A DNA stretch of 55,698 bases from Patescibacteria group bacterium (GTDB taxonomy: Bacteria; Patescibacteriota; Minisyncoccia; Phycocordibacterales; Phycocordibacteraceae). A program made the position numbers and the translations under genes. Position 1 is the first letter of the stretch. Every line of letters starts with the position of its first letter. The stretch covers positions 1-55,698 of the forward strand of contig JBBUDY010000017.1 in NCBI GenBank assembly GCA_038057055.1, in the 5' to 3' direction. Below the pieces are notes generated by a model, which saw nothing but the letters and a program-made list of their open reading frames with translations, searched no databases and was not told where the DNA came from. Of this stretch, positions 27,845 through 37,325 are shown in pieces.

Positions 27845-30086
27845 AATCAAGGTAATGCAATTGTCAGACAACGAAAAACGTGATGCCATAAAATACCTTG
27901 AAGCTGGGAAGCCACTCCCAGAGAAATACCGCTTTCTGCTGTTCGGTGAGACCCAAGAAGTCGAGCTTCTTTGGAATGGGAAAACAAACGAAGTGACAAA
28001 TGTCGTCCTGCCTTTCCAAGTCATTGAACAAATTGATGAACCGAGGAGTAATGAGAAATTTGGCACTACTGATTCTCTTTTTGATACAACGGGCAGACAA
28101 ATAACTGGCTGGACGAATAAGCTAATCTGGGGAGATAACAAGCTTATCCTCTCTTCTTTAAAGAATGGTCCTTTACGGAAGGAGATAGAAGCACACGGCG
28201 GCTTGAAGTTGATCTATATAGACCCGCCTTTTGATGTGGGGGCTGATTTTTCAATGGATATAAAAATTGGCGATGGAGAAGATGAAGAAAGCTTTACTAA
28301 AAAGCCGTCGGTCATAGAAGAAATCGCGTATCGTGATACTTGGGGCAAGGGGGCTGATAGCTTTATCGCGATGATCTATGAACGCCTGAAGCTCATGCAT
28401 GACCTGCTTGCAGAAGACGGAAGCATTTATGTGCATTGTGATTGGAGAGTCTCGAGTTATATGAGGCTTGTGTTGAATGAAATATTTGGATTGGATAATT
28501 TTATTGCAGAAATAATATGGAAAAGATCCGACAGCCACAACGACTCTAAGACCATAGGTGCCGTTGACGACAGAATTCTTTTTTATAGCAAGGGGGATAA
28601 CTTCATATTCAACAAGCAGTACGTACCAATGACAAGCGAAGTAATTGATGCTTGGTACAAAAAAGATGAGAATGGAAAGTTGTATAAGTTGGAAAATACT
28701 CTAGCCCCCGGTGGTAGAGGACCGATTTATGATTGGCATGGAGTAACTCGTGCTTGGCGTTATACGAAAGAAAACATGAAGAAACTTGAAGACGAGGGCA
28801 AGCTTTACCATACAAAAACAGGCTATCCTAAAAAGATTGTTTACCTCGAAGAGAGTAAGGGCGTACCTATAAATACCATTTGGACTGACTTGAGATTGGT
28901 AAATCGAACTTCTCATGAACGTTTAGACTACCCTACACAAAAGCCTGAAAATCTACTTGAGAGAATAATTACAATGTCGACTGGTGAAGGCGACCTGATT
29001 GCAGATTTTTTCTGCGGTTCCGGGACTACTCTTTCTGTTGCGGAGAAGCTGAACAGAAAATGGATCGGTTCTGATCTCGGAAAGTTTGGAATACACACAG
29101 CGAGGAAGCGACTTATAGGAGTGCAGAGAGAATTAAAGAAAGCAGGAAAAGATTTCCGTGCTTTTGAGATTTGGAATGTTGGTAGATATGAAAGAGAAAA
29201 TTTCCTCGCAGTGAATGATGATTTACGCGCAGAAGAAAAGGCCAAGCAAGCAGTGAGAAAAGAGAAGGAGTTCGTTAAGCTCATCATTTCGGCGTATAAG
29301 GCCGAACCAGTAGATTCCTTCGTAAACATGGTTGGTAAAAAAAGAGATCGCTTGGTGGTTGTGGGACCTATCAATGCACCAGTCTCATCTAAATTGGTGC
29401 AGGACATTGTTGCCGAATGTAAGAAGAAAAATATTACTAAAATCGATGTGCTCGGATTCGACTATGAGATGGGTCTTGATTTCGGAGAGTATAAAAGTCA
29501 AGGAATTGATATTGCGTTTATGATTATTCCGAGGGAAGTTTTTGATAAAAAGGCGGTTGAGAAGGGACAGGTGAAGTTTTACGATGTTGCATTCATCGAA
29601 GCGAAGCCGATAATTAAAGGAAAGGGTAAAGGCAAGGAGCTCTCGATCGAACTTTCTGATTTCTCTGTATTCTATAATCAAGACGATTCAGGCGAAGTAG
29701 CAGAAACTCTTCGCCCCGGTGGAGCTAAGGTAGTCGTGGAAAACGGACAGGTCGTAAAAATATCGAAAGATAAAACAACGGAGCTGATTTCAAAAGAGGT
29801 TTTGACGAAAAAGTGGAGCGACTGGATTGATTATTGGGCGGTGGATTTTGATTTTGCGAGTAGAAAAGAAATCATCAAGGTCATAGAGAATGATGAAGAA
29901 AAAGAAGTTTGGACTGGCGACTATATTTTTGACAACGAATGGCAAAGCTTCCGCACAAAGAAGAACAGGAACCTTGAACTTATTTCCGTGGCTAAGGAGG
30001 TGCCGAAAGGGACTTATAAAGTCGCGGTAAAGGTCGTGGATATTTTCGGTAATGACACAACGAAGGTGTTGGAAGTAAAAATATAG
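27828..30086 (+). CDS. mod: Type III restriction-modification methyltransferase (Mod)
   Basis: Motif IV IDPPFDV is followed far downstream by motif I DFFCGSGTT (beta-class order). About 750 aa. Lies directly upstream of Res. Confidence 0.85.
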   Translation: MKKVAKIKVMQLSDNEKRDAIKYLEAGKPLPEKYRFLLFGETQEVELLWNGKTNEVTNVVLPFQVIEQIDEPRSNEKFGTTDSLFDTTGRQITGWTNKLIWGDNKLILSSLKNGPLRKEIEAHGGLKLIYIDPPFDVGADFSMDIKIGDGEDEESFTKKPSVIEEIAYRDTWGKGADSFIAMIYERLKLMHDLLAEDGSIYVHCDWRVSSYMRLVLNEIFGLDNFIAEIIWKRSDSHNDSKTIGAVDDRILFYSKGDNFIFNKQYVPMTSEVIDAWYKKDENGKLYKLENTLAPGGRGPIYDWHGVTRAWRYTKENMKKLEDEGKLYHTKTGYPKKIVYLEESKGVPINTIWTDLRLVNRTSHERLDYPTQKPENLLERIITMSTGEGDLIADFFCGSGTTLSVAEKLNRKWIGSDLGKFGIHTARKRLIGVQRELKKAGKDFRAFEIWNVGRYERENFLAVNDDLRAEEKAKQAVRKEKEFVKLIISAYKAEPVDSFVNMVGKKRDRLVVVGPINAPVSSKLVQDIVAECKKKNITKIDVLGFDYEMGLDFGEYKSQGIDIAFMIIPREVFDKKAVEKGQVKFYDVAFIEAKPIIKGKGKGKELSIELSDFSVFYNQDDSGEVAETLRPGGAKVVVENGQVVKISKDKTTELISKEVLTKKWSDWIDYWAVDFDFASRKEIIKVIENDEEKEVWTGDYIFDNEWQSFRTKKNRNLELISVAKEVPKGTYKVAVKVVDIFGNDTTKVLEVKI

Positions 30087-30088
30087 CT

Positions 30089-32779
30089 ATGGCCCTCCCT
30101 AAAGATTTTCCAAGAGACCCATATGCGGTACTAGATCCGGGCATTCGCTGGTTTCCAGCTGACGAGGATTTAAGAGAGAAGGGCTTTGATAAACTCATCC
30201 CTCCACTTGTCGCTGATCTCCGCAAGAAGATAAAGGAGTGGAGGGATAAAGACTATGAAGGAGCTAGTGAGACCTCGAAGGCGCTCTTGAACTGGTGGTT
30301 CAAGGAAGAACATATTTTGTATGACCAACACGGTGCGTCATTTCATTTCAGGTATTATTTCGCTCAAAGAGAAGCGTTAGAGACCGTCATCTGGCTCTAT
30401 GAGGTTGCCAAGGTGAAGGATAAATACGACCTCATTCGCTATAACTCGACTGGTGTACTAAGTCCACAAATGTTTACAGAAGAGTGGCTACGCTTCGTGA
30501 TTAAGATGGCCACAGGCGCAGGTAAGACTAAGGTTATGAGCCTTGTTGTGGCATGGGCGTATTTCCATAAGAAATATGAGAAAGATTCCAAACTCGCAAA
30601 GAACTTTCTTTTGATAACGCCGAATGTCATCGTCTTCGAGAGAATCAAGAACGATTTCGCTGGTCTGAAGATATTCTTCAGCGACCCTGTTCTGCCAGAA
30701 AACGGATACCAGGGTCAAAATTGGCAGGATGATTTTCAAGTCACTTTGCACCTACAAGATGATTTGAGGAATGTTTCAGATACTGGAAATATATTCCTCA
30801 CGAATATACACAGAGTTTTTGAGAACGATGTAAAAGAAGTGGGTCCGGAAGACGAAGACACCTCGGTTTATTTCTTAGGAAATAAACCCGTTACAAAGAC
30901 GAATGATTCTACTGTTGATCTCGGAATGATTGTCAGAGATATAGACGAGCTTATTGTTCTGAACGACGAGGCGCACCATCTGCATGACGACAAATCCGCG
31001 TGGGTAAAATCCATTCAGGATATAGATAATCGGTTGAAGCAGAAGGGATCCGGTCTAGCTCTACAGTTGGATGTTACAGCAACACCGAAGAAAAATGATG
31101 GATCTATTTTTGTTCAGACGATTTCCGACTATCCGCTCGTTGAGGCTATCCATCAACGAGTAGTGAAAAATCCGGTCGTTCCAGATGCAGCGAGTAGAGG
31201 AAAACTCAAAGAGAATCAGAGCGCATTATTTAGTGAGAAATACAGAGACTACATAAATCTTGGCATCGAAGAGTGGCGGAAGACATACGAAACGCTAAAG
31301 CCAATGGGCAAGAAGTCGATTCTTTTTATCATGACGGATGATACGAAGAATTGCGACGAAGTGGCTGAATATATTGAAACGAGCTTTGCGGATTTGAAGG
31401 GTGCTGTTCTAACTATTCACACCAATAAGAGTGGCGAGATTTCGGAGAATGTATTGGGGAAAAATAAAGATGAGTTAACCATACTCAGACAACAAGCGAA
31501 CGATATAGATAGCTGGGAGAGCCCATTCAAGGTGATCGTATCCGTGATGATGCTGAAAGAAGGGTGGGATGTGAAGAATGTCACAACGATTGTTGGACTC
31601 CGACCGTATGCGGCCGACTCGAAGATCCTACCTGAACAGACACTCGGTCGCGGTCTTCGCCGAATGTTCTTCGGCAGAGATGATGTCGAGGAATATGTGA
31701 GTGTTGTTGGTACTCCCGCATTTATGGATTTCGTCGAGTCAATCAACGGCGAGGGAGTGATTCTAGAGAAGAAGGCTATGGGTACCGGCACAAAACCGAT
31801 TACGCCTATGGTCATCGAGGTCGACAAGGATAATCCAAAGAAAGATATAGAGAAGCTAGACATTGAGATCCCAGTGATGTCTCCGAGGATACAACGAGAG
31901 TATAAAAATCTTGCAGAGCTGAATGTCTCTAATTTTGGAAATGAGAAAGTAAAAGTGAAGACATTCTCCGAGGAAGAGAAAAGAGAAATCGTGTTTAAGG
32001 ATGTGGTTGATGAGAAGACACACCATACGACCGTGCTAACGGGGGATATCGAGCCGGATTACCAAAGTGTTATCGGCTTTTTCACGCAAGCTGTGATGAG
32101 AGATCTAAGGTTATTTGGTTGCTACGATATTTTGTTCGGTAAGGTAAAGGAATTCGTTCAAGGCCATATGTTTGATCGGCCGGTGAATCTGTCAGACCTG
32201 AATACTTTGAGGAATCTATCTGAAATAGAATATATACGCCTCATTAAGAGCTCATTCAAAAAAGCGATCAATGAACTAACTGTTCAGGACAGCGGAGATA
32301 CGGAAATCAAAAACTACATAAAAATCAGCGAGGCACGGCCATTCGTTGTGAATGACAAGTCTTATCTAATCCCAAAAAAATCAGTCTTCAATAAAATTGT
32401 TGGGGATAGCAATTTTGAGCTTGCCTTTGCTGATTTCCTCGAGAATTGCGATGACGTGATATCTTTTGCAAAGAACTTTGAGAATAAAGAAGCCACTGCG
32501 CTCAGGATCGAGTATAAAAACTCTGAAGGATCTATCGCTAATTATTATCCAGATTTTTTCGTCAAAAAAGACGACAAAACTGTGTACATAATTGAAACGA
32601 AGGGTCGTGAGGAGGAAGACGATAAGTTGAAGTTCCAAAGACTGCAAAAATGGTGCGAAGACGTCAATGCTCGCCAAAGCAGGACAATGTATAAGGCACT
32701 CTACATAAAACAGGAGGAATGGGAAAAAGATAAGCTAAAGAATTTTGATGAGGTCGTTAGAGTATTTAATTCTAAATAA
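30089..32779 (+). CDS. res: Type III restriction enzyme Res subunit (SF2 helicase plus C-terminal PD-(D/E)xK nuclease)
   Basis: Motif I MATGAGKTKV, motif II NDEAHH, motif VI QTLGRGLR. C-terminal YYPDFFV...YIIETKGRE. Confidence 0.88.
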   Translation: MALPKDFPRDPYAVLDPGIRWFPADEDLREKGFDKLIPPLVADLRKKIKEWRDKDYEGASETSKALLNWWFKEEHILYDQHGASFHFRYYFAQREALETVIWLYEVAKVKDKYDLIRYNSTGVLSPQMFTEEWLRFVIKMATGAGKTKVMSLVVAWAYFHKKYEKDSKLAKNFLLITPNVIVFERIKNDFAGLKIFFSDPVLPENGYQGQNWQDDFQVTLHLQDDLRNVSDTGNIFLTNIHRVFENDVKEVGPEDEDTSVYFLGNKPVTKTNDSTVDLGMIVRDIDELIVLNDEAHHLHDDKSAWVKSIQDIDNRLKQKGSGLALQLDVTATPKKNDGSIFVQTISDYPLVEAIHQRVVKNPVVPDAASRGKLKENQSALFSEKYRDYINLGIEEWRKTYETLKPMGKKSILFIMTDDTKNCDEVAEYIETSFADLKGAVLTIHTNKSGEISENVLGKNKDELTILRQQANDIDSWESPFKVIVSVMMLKEGWDVKNVTTIVGLRPYAADSKILPEQTLGRGLRRMFFGRDDVEEYVSVVGTPAFMDFVESINGEGVILEKKAMGTGTKPITPMVIEVDKDNPKKDIEKLDIEIPVMSPRIQREYKNLAELNVSNFGNEKVKVKTFSEEEKREIVFKDVVDEKTHHTTVLTGDIEPDYQSVIGFFTQAVMRDLRLFGCYDILFGKVKEFVQGHMFDRPVNLSDLNTLRNLSEIEYIRLIKSSFKKAINELTVQDSGDTEIKNYIKISEARPFVVNDKSYLIPKKSVFNKIVGDSNFELAFADFLENCDDVISFAKNFENKEATALRIEYKNSEGSIANYYPDFFVKKDDKTVYIIETKGREEEDDKLKFQRLQKWCEDVNARQSRTMYKALYIKQEEWEKDKLKNFDEVVRVFNSK

Positions 32780-35700
32780 TGTGGCTACCTTATTACCGAA
32801 AGACGACAAGGGTTACTCGGTAAACTTAGATGTAAATAACCCCAGAAGGGACGAGATTTGTGACTTTCTAGATTCCTTCAATGCACTTGAGAAGTTCTGC
32901 GAAGTCAGGCCTTCAATTTTATTGAAAGGTGGCTGGTATGCAATGCAGAGGGAGAATAGAATCCAAAATCTGGATTGGATGGCACAATCAGCCCACTCAT
33001 TTAGGGAGATACATTACGGCATTCTAGACAGTAAGACTTTGATTTTTAAGACGAAGCGGTTTCTCATTTTGAATGCAATAAAGTTCTTCAACTACAAAAC
33101 TAATAACATTCCAAAAACTAGGAAGGATAAAATCTCAGACTCGCTAAAGACTTATGTTGCAGATGAAGCCAAACGGCAAGAAATATCGACAGCAATAAAT
33201 AAAGTACATATTGCCTTTACAAAAATAGCTCACCATTTTAAGGAGCGAGACAGTCTCAAGGACACCTTGAAGATATTTGTATTTCTTAAAATTACCCAGA
33301 GTAATATAGCCGCGATTGAACCGGAGAGCTTCGAGAGTCTCGTAGATATATTTGAGAATCTGATTCTTGATATAAAGCCAAGAGGTCTGACCTCCCATAA
33401 AATAATCGACGACATACTCCTGAACAAGAATTTCGACGAGAAGATAATCAGATCGATTTGTCTTTCGGGTGGCAATCCAGACACTAAGCGATACTTTTTC
33501 TCTAAGGCGGATGAGATTTGGCTGAAATGGCTCTGGGAGAAAGGGTTACTGGACGACTTAAAGAAACCCGCTTTAGATACATCTAAGTATTCGTATCGTC
33601 TACCAGAGCTTGAATATTTAACTCGTATGGTAGGGAAAGAGCCCAAAATGGTTACCGAGATAATGAACTCAGTTACTATCTCAAAGGAAACTTTTAATCC
33701 AGAAGTGGTCGATAGATTTACTTGGATCATCAGTTTACTTCCTGTCGAGCAAACAAAGATTTTGTTTCCAAAGATTTTGCGTGAAAGCTGGGTGCAACTC
33801 ATGTCCCCATTTCATAGATCAGGATACGAATATATAAAAATTGTTGAAAAGTTAAAAGAGTCTGGAGACCCTGATGCATTAATCGGTCTGGCAAAAATTA
33901 TTCTGACACCACGCTCCAAAGAGGAAGTTCAGGCAATAAACGGTTATATATCATCAGATAAATTATTCTATCTTAACGACATAACAGAGACCGGCCTCTT
34001 TGATCTGCTTTTGGATACCAGAAATACAGAGAAAGAAAAGACACTTGCGTTAGCACTCGACGTGCTAGGTAAGGTAGTTACCAACGGCAAGGACAGAGAA
34101 GTTGTTTTTAAGGAATCGGAGCCTTTTTATTTGCTTGATGTAGATATTTTCACGATTGAAGTAAATAACGAAAGAAAATCATATACGAAAGATGATATTG
34201 AGAATCTCATTGCTCTGGCAAAGAAACTTATTGATGAGCTGTTCTCTTCAGCTTGTGATAACCCAGCTGAGGTTAGAAGATTGTACGATACCAACATTTC
34301 TGGCCTTCCTGACAGCAGGACTTTGTACAAGCTCAGACTGTACACGGCCACACGATGTCCATCTGTCTTCAGGCAAGAAATTAAAACCCTGCTGTTTAGA
34401 GTTTTCGAGGTTGGAGAACGGTACTTTGAAATTGAAGGTGGGGCGGAATATCATAGTGCATTAATTGCCGGTTTTAGTGCACTTGATGCAGATACAGCTC
34501 AGCGAGAGTATGTCGCGAAAGTATTTGAGTATTTTGGAGCAAAACTTGAAAATGAGGATAAGGAGAAATGGAGGCGAGAGGCCGGACTTGAAATCGTTAC
34601 TTATATTAAAACTTATTTAACGAAGGAAGAAATTGAACAATCAGAAAAGCTGTTTGGAAAACTTCCAGAGGGTAAGAAGTTATCCCCACACCCAGAAGCA
34701 ACTATGGGTGAGGCAGGAATCGTGGCCCACCGATCTCCAATAAATGTCAGTGAATTCTCCGTTGAACAAATTGTTGAACACCTTAAAACTGACTGGTCCC
34801 CTACAGTACTTAAAGAACAGTACGGTGGGGATGATTTCCTTAGTCCTCGTGGAACTGAAGGACTCGGCGATGCGTTGAAAGACGATGTCAAAAAGCGACT
34901 AGATTCGTATCTAGAGAAAATAAACGATTTCTTCGACAGAGATAACATTGCGCCCCACTATGTTTATTCGGTGATTCGTGGAATCGAGGAAATGTTAAGA
35001 AACAAAGAGAAGATTTCTTTAGAGCAGGCCGGTAAGCTCGTAGATTTCTTTGAATTCGTTAAAAACGAGGGCTTGAAGACTCCTTTCAAGAAGGCTGACG
35101 ATAAAGAGTGGCTAGCAGACTGGATTGAAGTTCATAAAGTTATTGTAGACGCATTGCTGTATCTTACGGAAAACAAGGATTTAAAGGTGTCACTACATTC
35201 GGCATATCGAGACAAAATCCGCGACATAATTTCGTATCTACTAACTATTGAGAGTAGCCCGTCTAAAGAGCACGAAAAACCAGAATATGGCGAACCGTAC
35301 CATGTGGCAATCAATTCAGTACGTGGCCGTGCGTACGAAGCATTTGTTATCTTTACTGAGAATGACGGAAAGGCTCTTGCTGAAGATGTAAAAAGTATTT
35401 ACAGACAGTCTCTTAACGATGAATCAATCGCGGTACACTTTGTCATCGGGCGTTATCTAGCTACTTTCTATTTTCGAGATAAAGAATTTATAAAAGAGAC
35501 ACTCCCTGAAATCTTCCCGAAGGATGATCCCGTAAAAAAGGACATGTATTTAGCCTCGTGGGAGGGATACCTATCAAACACCTTATATGACAAGCTCTTT
35601 GCAGAGTTCAAGAACTATTACGAACATGCCATCATGCTGGACCCATCCGTATATACAGAGAGGAAATATACTAGGAGTTTAGATGAATTACTCGCGACAC

Positions 35701-36329
35701 ACCTTGCCCTCGCTTATGCTAATCTAGACCTTAAAATAGGTGACCCATTGTTTGATCTATTCTGGAAGACTCCCAACGCAACGAGACATTATGAGTTTGC
35801 ATCTTTTCTTGGACGAAGTTGTTTAACTCGAGATAGTGCTGGTGATGAATGGTTAAAGGAAAATAAGGTAAGCAAAGAAAAGCTTATTGAATTTTGGAAT
35901 TGGATGCTGGCCACAGATATCCCGATTGATGCGAAGGCTTTTGCAGGGTTTGGTTTCTGGGTGAATCCAGATAAGGAAGTCATCGATGAAAAAATCATTG
36001 TTAAAAATTTAGTTGCCACACTCAAGAAGTCCAATGGAGAAATTGATTGGGACTACGGTTTAATGCAACGTCTTAAAGTATTTGCAGGAATTGATCCCGT
36101 AAATACATTAGAAATCATAAAGAATTATCTCCTTCTTGATGGCGAACTTAATCCTCACAGGAGGTCTCCTTTGTTTAGTCTTGAGAATGAAATCAAAGAA
36201 GCTCTCGTCATCATCTATAAAGATCCAACACTGAAGAGTGCTGTCAAAGATTTAGTCGATATCCTGATTGAGAAAGGCAGTAGCTCATTCTGGGGGTTAA
36301 AGGACGTTCTTGGGGGGATAAGTAAATGA
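32745..36329 (+). CDS. Orphan 1194-aa protein, mostly predicted alpha-helical, with no recognisable catalytic or NTPase motif
   Basis: Uninterrupted ORF. The ATG at 32745 overlaps the res end by 35 nt. An alternative GTG at 32781 lies 1 nt after the res stop. No GxxxxGK[ST] motif found by eye. Confidence 0.6.
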   Translation: MMRSLEYLILNNVATLLPKDDKGYSVNLDVNNPRRDEICDFLDSFNALEKFCEVRPSILLKGGWYAMQRENRIQNLDWMAQSAHSFREIHYGILDSKTLIFKTKRFLILNAIKFFNYKTNNIPKTRKDKISDSLKTYVADEAKRQEISTAINKVHIAFTKIAHHFKERDSLKDTLKIFVFLKITQSNIAAIEPESFESLVDIFENLILDIKPRGLTSHKIIDDILLNKNFDEKIIRSICLSGGNPDTKRYFFSKADEIWLKWLWEKGLLDDLKKPALDTSKYSYRLPELEYLTRMVGKEPKMVTEIMNSVTISKETFNPEVVDRFTWIISLLPVEQTKILFPKILRESWVQLMSPFHRSGYEYIKIVEKLKESGDPDALIGLAKIILTPRSKEEVQAINGYISSDKLFYLNDITETGLFDLLLDTRNTEKEKTLALALDVLGKVVTNGKDREVVFKESEPFYLLDVDIFTIEVNNERKSYTKDDIENLIALAKKLIDELFSSACDNPAEVRRLYDTNISGLPDSRTLYKLRLYTATRCPSVFRQEIKTLLFRVFEVGERYFEIEGGAEYHSALIAGFSALDADTAQREYVAKVFEYFGAKLENEDKEKWRREAGLEIVTYIKTYLTKEEIEQSEKLFGKLPEGKKLSPHPEATMGEAGIVAHRSPINVSEFSVEQIVEHLKTDWSPTVLKEQYGGDDFLSPRGTEGLGDALKDDVKKRLDSYLEKINDFFDRDNIAPHYVYSVIRGIEEMLRNKEKISLEQAGKLVDFFEFVKNEGLKTPFKKADDKEWLADWIEVHKVIVDALLYLTENKDLKVSLHSAYRDKIRDIISYLLTIESSPSKEHEKPEYGEPYHVAINSVRGRAYEAFVIFTENDGKALAEDVKSIYRQSLNDESIAVHFVIGRYLATFYFRDKEFIKETLPEIFPKDDPVKKDMYLASWEGYLSNTLYDKLFAEFKNYYEHAIMLDPSVYTERKYTRSLDELLATHLALAYANLDLKIGDPLFDLFWKTPNATRHYEFASFLGRSCLTRDSAGDEWLKENKVSKEKLIEFWNWMLATDIPIDAKAFAGFGFWVNPDKEVIDEKIIVKNLVATLKKSNGEIDWDYGLMQRLKVFAGIDPVNTLEIIKNYLLLDGELNPHRRSPLFSLENEIKEALVIIYKDPTLKSAVKDLVDILIEKGSSSFWGLKDVLGGISK

Positions 36330-36330
36330 T

Positions 36331-36525
36331 ATGAACAATTTGGAGAACGAAATTAATAAGATGAAATCCTTAGCTTATAAGGGTCGATTTAGCATTTATT
36401 ATCAACCAGACGAGTGTCTGGTTAGAACCTATTTTAAAGATGGTAGTCAGCATAAAGAGATCGGAAAGACCCTCGAAGAAGCCATATCCAAAATGGTTAG
36501 ATTTCTGAAAAGTCAGTCACTGTAG
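36331..36525 (+). CDS. 64-aa hypothetical protein, coupled to the 1194-aa ORF
   Basis: The ATG lies 1 nt after the upstream stop. Base composition matches the upstream gene. Confidence 0.4.
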   Translation: MNNLENEINKMKSLAYKGRFSIYYQPDECLVRTYFKDGSQHKEIGKTLEEAISKMVRFLKSQSL

Positions 36526-36718
36526 ACACTTTCGCACTCCTTTTTATAGTGTCTATCGTGTCTATTGAAGGGTACAGTACCGCCGCCCTAGTTGGCCGAT
36601 CTAAAGCGAGCAAAAACCCTTCAAATCATTGGGAACCGACCCATACCGGCCCCCATCGACTAAGGGGGAAGGAAGGTGCCCAGAAAACCTTGTAACTCCC
36701 TATGGGTACGGGTACAGT

Positions 36719-36830
36719 ACCGGCCTGGGCAACACGGTTGTGACGCCAGGAACCAGTACCGTTCCCCATTGGGACCAGTACAGTACCGCCAGGCATCACG
36801 TAAGCAAAAGCCGCGAGAAGCTCGTTTTTC
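36719..36830 (+). repeat. att-like repeat copy C (right end of the island)
   Basis: ACCGGCCTGGGCAACACGG resembles the tRNA 3' end. The 86-nt block 36729-36814 matches copy B. Ends in a degenerate hairpin and T-run. Confidence 0.8.
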
Positions 36831-36838
36831 GTTACTGA

Positions 36839-36844
36839 TACACT
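36839..36844 (+). promoter_or_regulatory. Extended -10-like box TGATACACT, 6 nt upstream of the ATG at 36851
   Basis: Read directly in the sequence. Confidence 0.35.
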
Positions 36845-36850
36845 CTCAAT

Positions 36851-37252
36851 ATGACCCGCGAGGCATTTGAGAAATTAGTGCAAGAAGGCTTTCTTTTAAT
36901 ACCAGAAAGGTTTCGCGAGAAGATACAGAATGTCGCACTCCTCGTGGAGAACGAACCATCAGAAGACATACGAAAGTTGGAAGATCTTAAAGAGGATGAG
37001 ACACTCCTCGGGTTATATCGGGGCATACCCAATACCGTGCGCGGCGACACCTACGGTGTCGGAGAGACACTCCCGGACACCATTACGCTTTACCAATTGC
37101 CAATAGAAAAAGTGGCGCTCGAAGATGGAGAGGACGTCCGGAAAGTCATCGCCGAAACCATTTGGCATGAATACGCGCACTATTTCGGCATGGACGAAGA
37201 CGAAGTGCAGTTCCGCGAATCTATGCGAAACCCGGGAAGTAGTCGGTTTTGA
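36851..37252 (+). CDS. Small zinc metallopeptidase-like protein (COG3824/DUF1025 type)
   Basis: C-terminal HEYAHYFG (HExxH) motif. About 130 aa. Confidence 0.65.
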   Translation: MTREAFEKLVQEGFLLIPERFREKIQNVALLVENEPSEDIRKLEDLKEDETLLGLYRGIPNTVRGDTYGVGETLPDTITLYQLPIEKVALEDGEDVRKVIAETIWHEYAHYFGMDEDEVQFRESMRNPGSSRF

Positions 37253-37325
37253 TATTGAAGCGGAGTGAGTCAAATAAAAATACCCGCAGTGGCAAGGCCA
37301 CATACGGGTATTGAGTTGCTCGGTA

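Larger units (their letters stand above)
21272..36830. mobile_element. Integrated genomic island (~15.5 kb) bounded by att-like direct repeats B and C; carries a serine recombinase and defence genes
   Basis: 86-nt direct repeats at both ends. The left end contains a tRNA-Met 3' remnant. Recombinase at 22987-24321. The 25-36.5 kb part is visibly more AT-rich than the flanks (by eye, not computed). Confidence 0.7.

Noticed and set aside
36629-36870. Two overlapping 64-69-aa ORFs inside att-like repeat C.
   Set aside because: The same DNA recurs as non-coding repeat copies A and B, with indels that would break the frames. It is more likely repeat, hairpin and terminator sequence.
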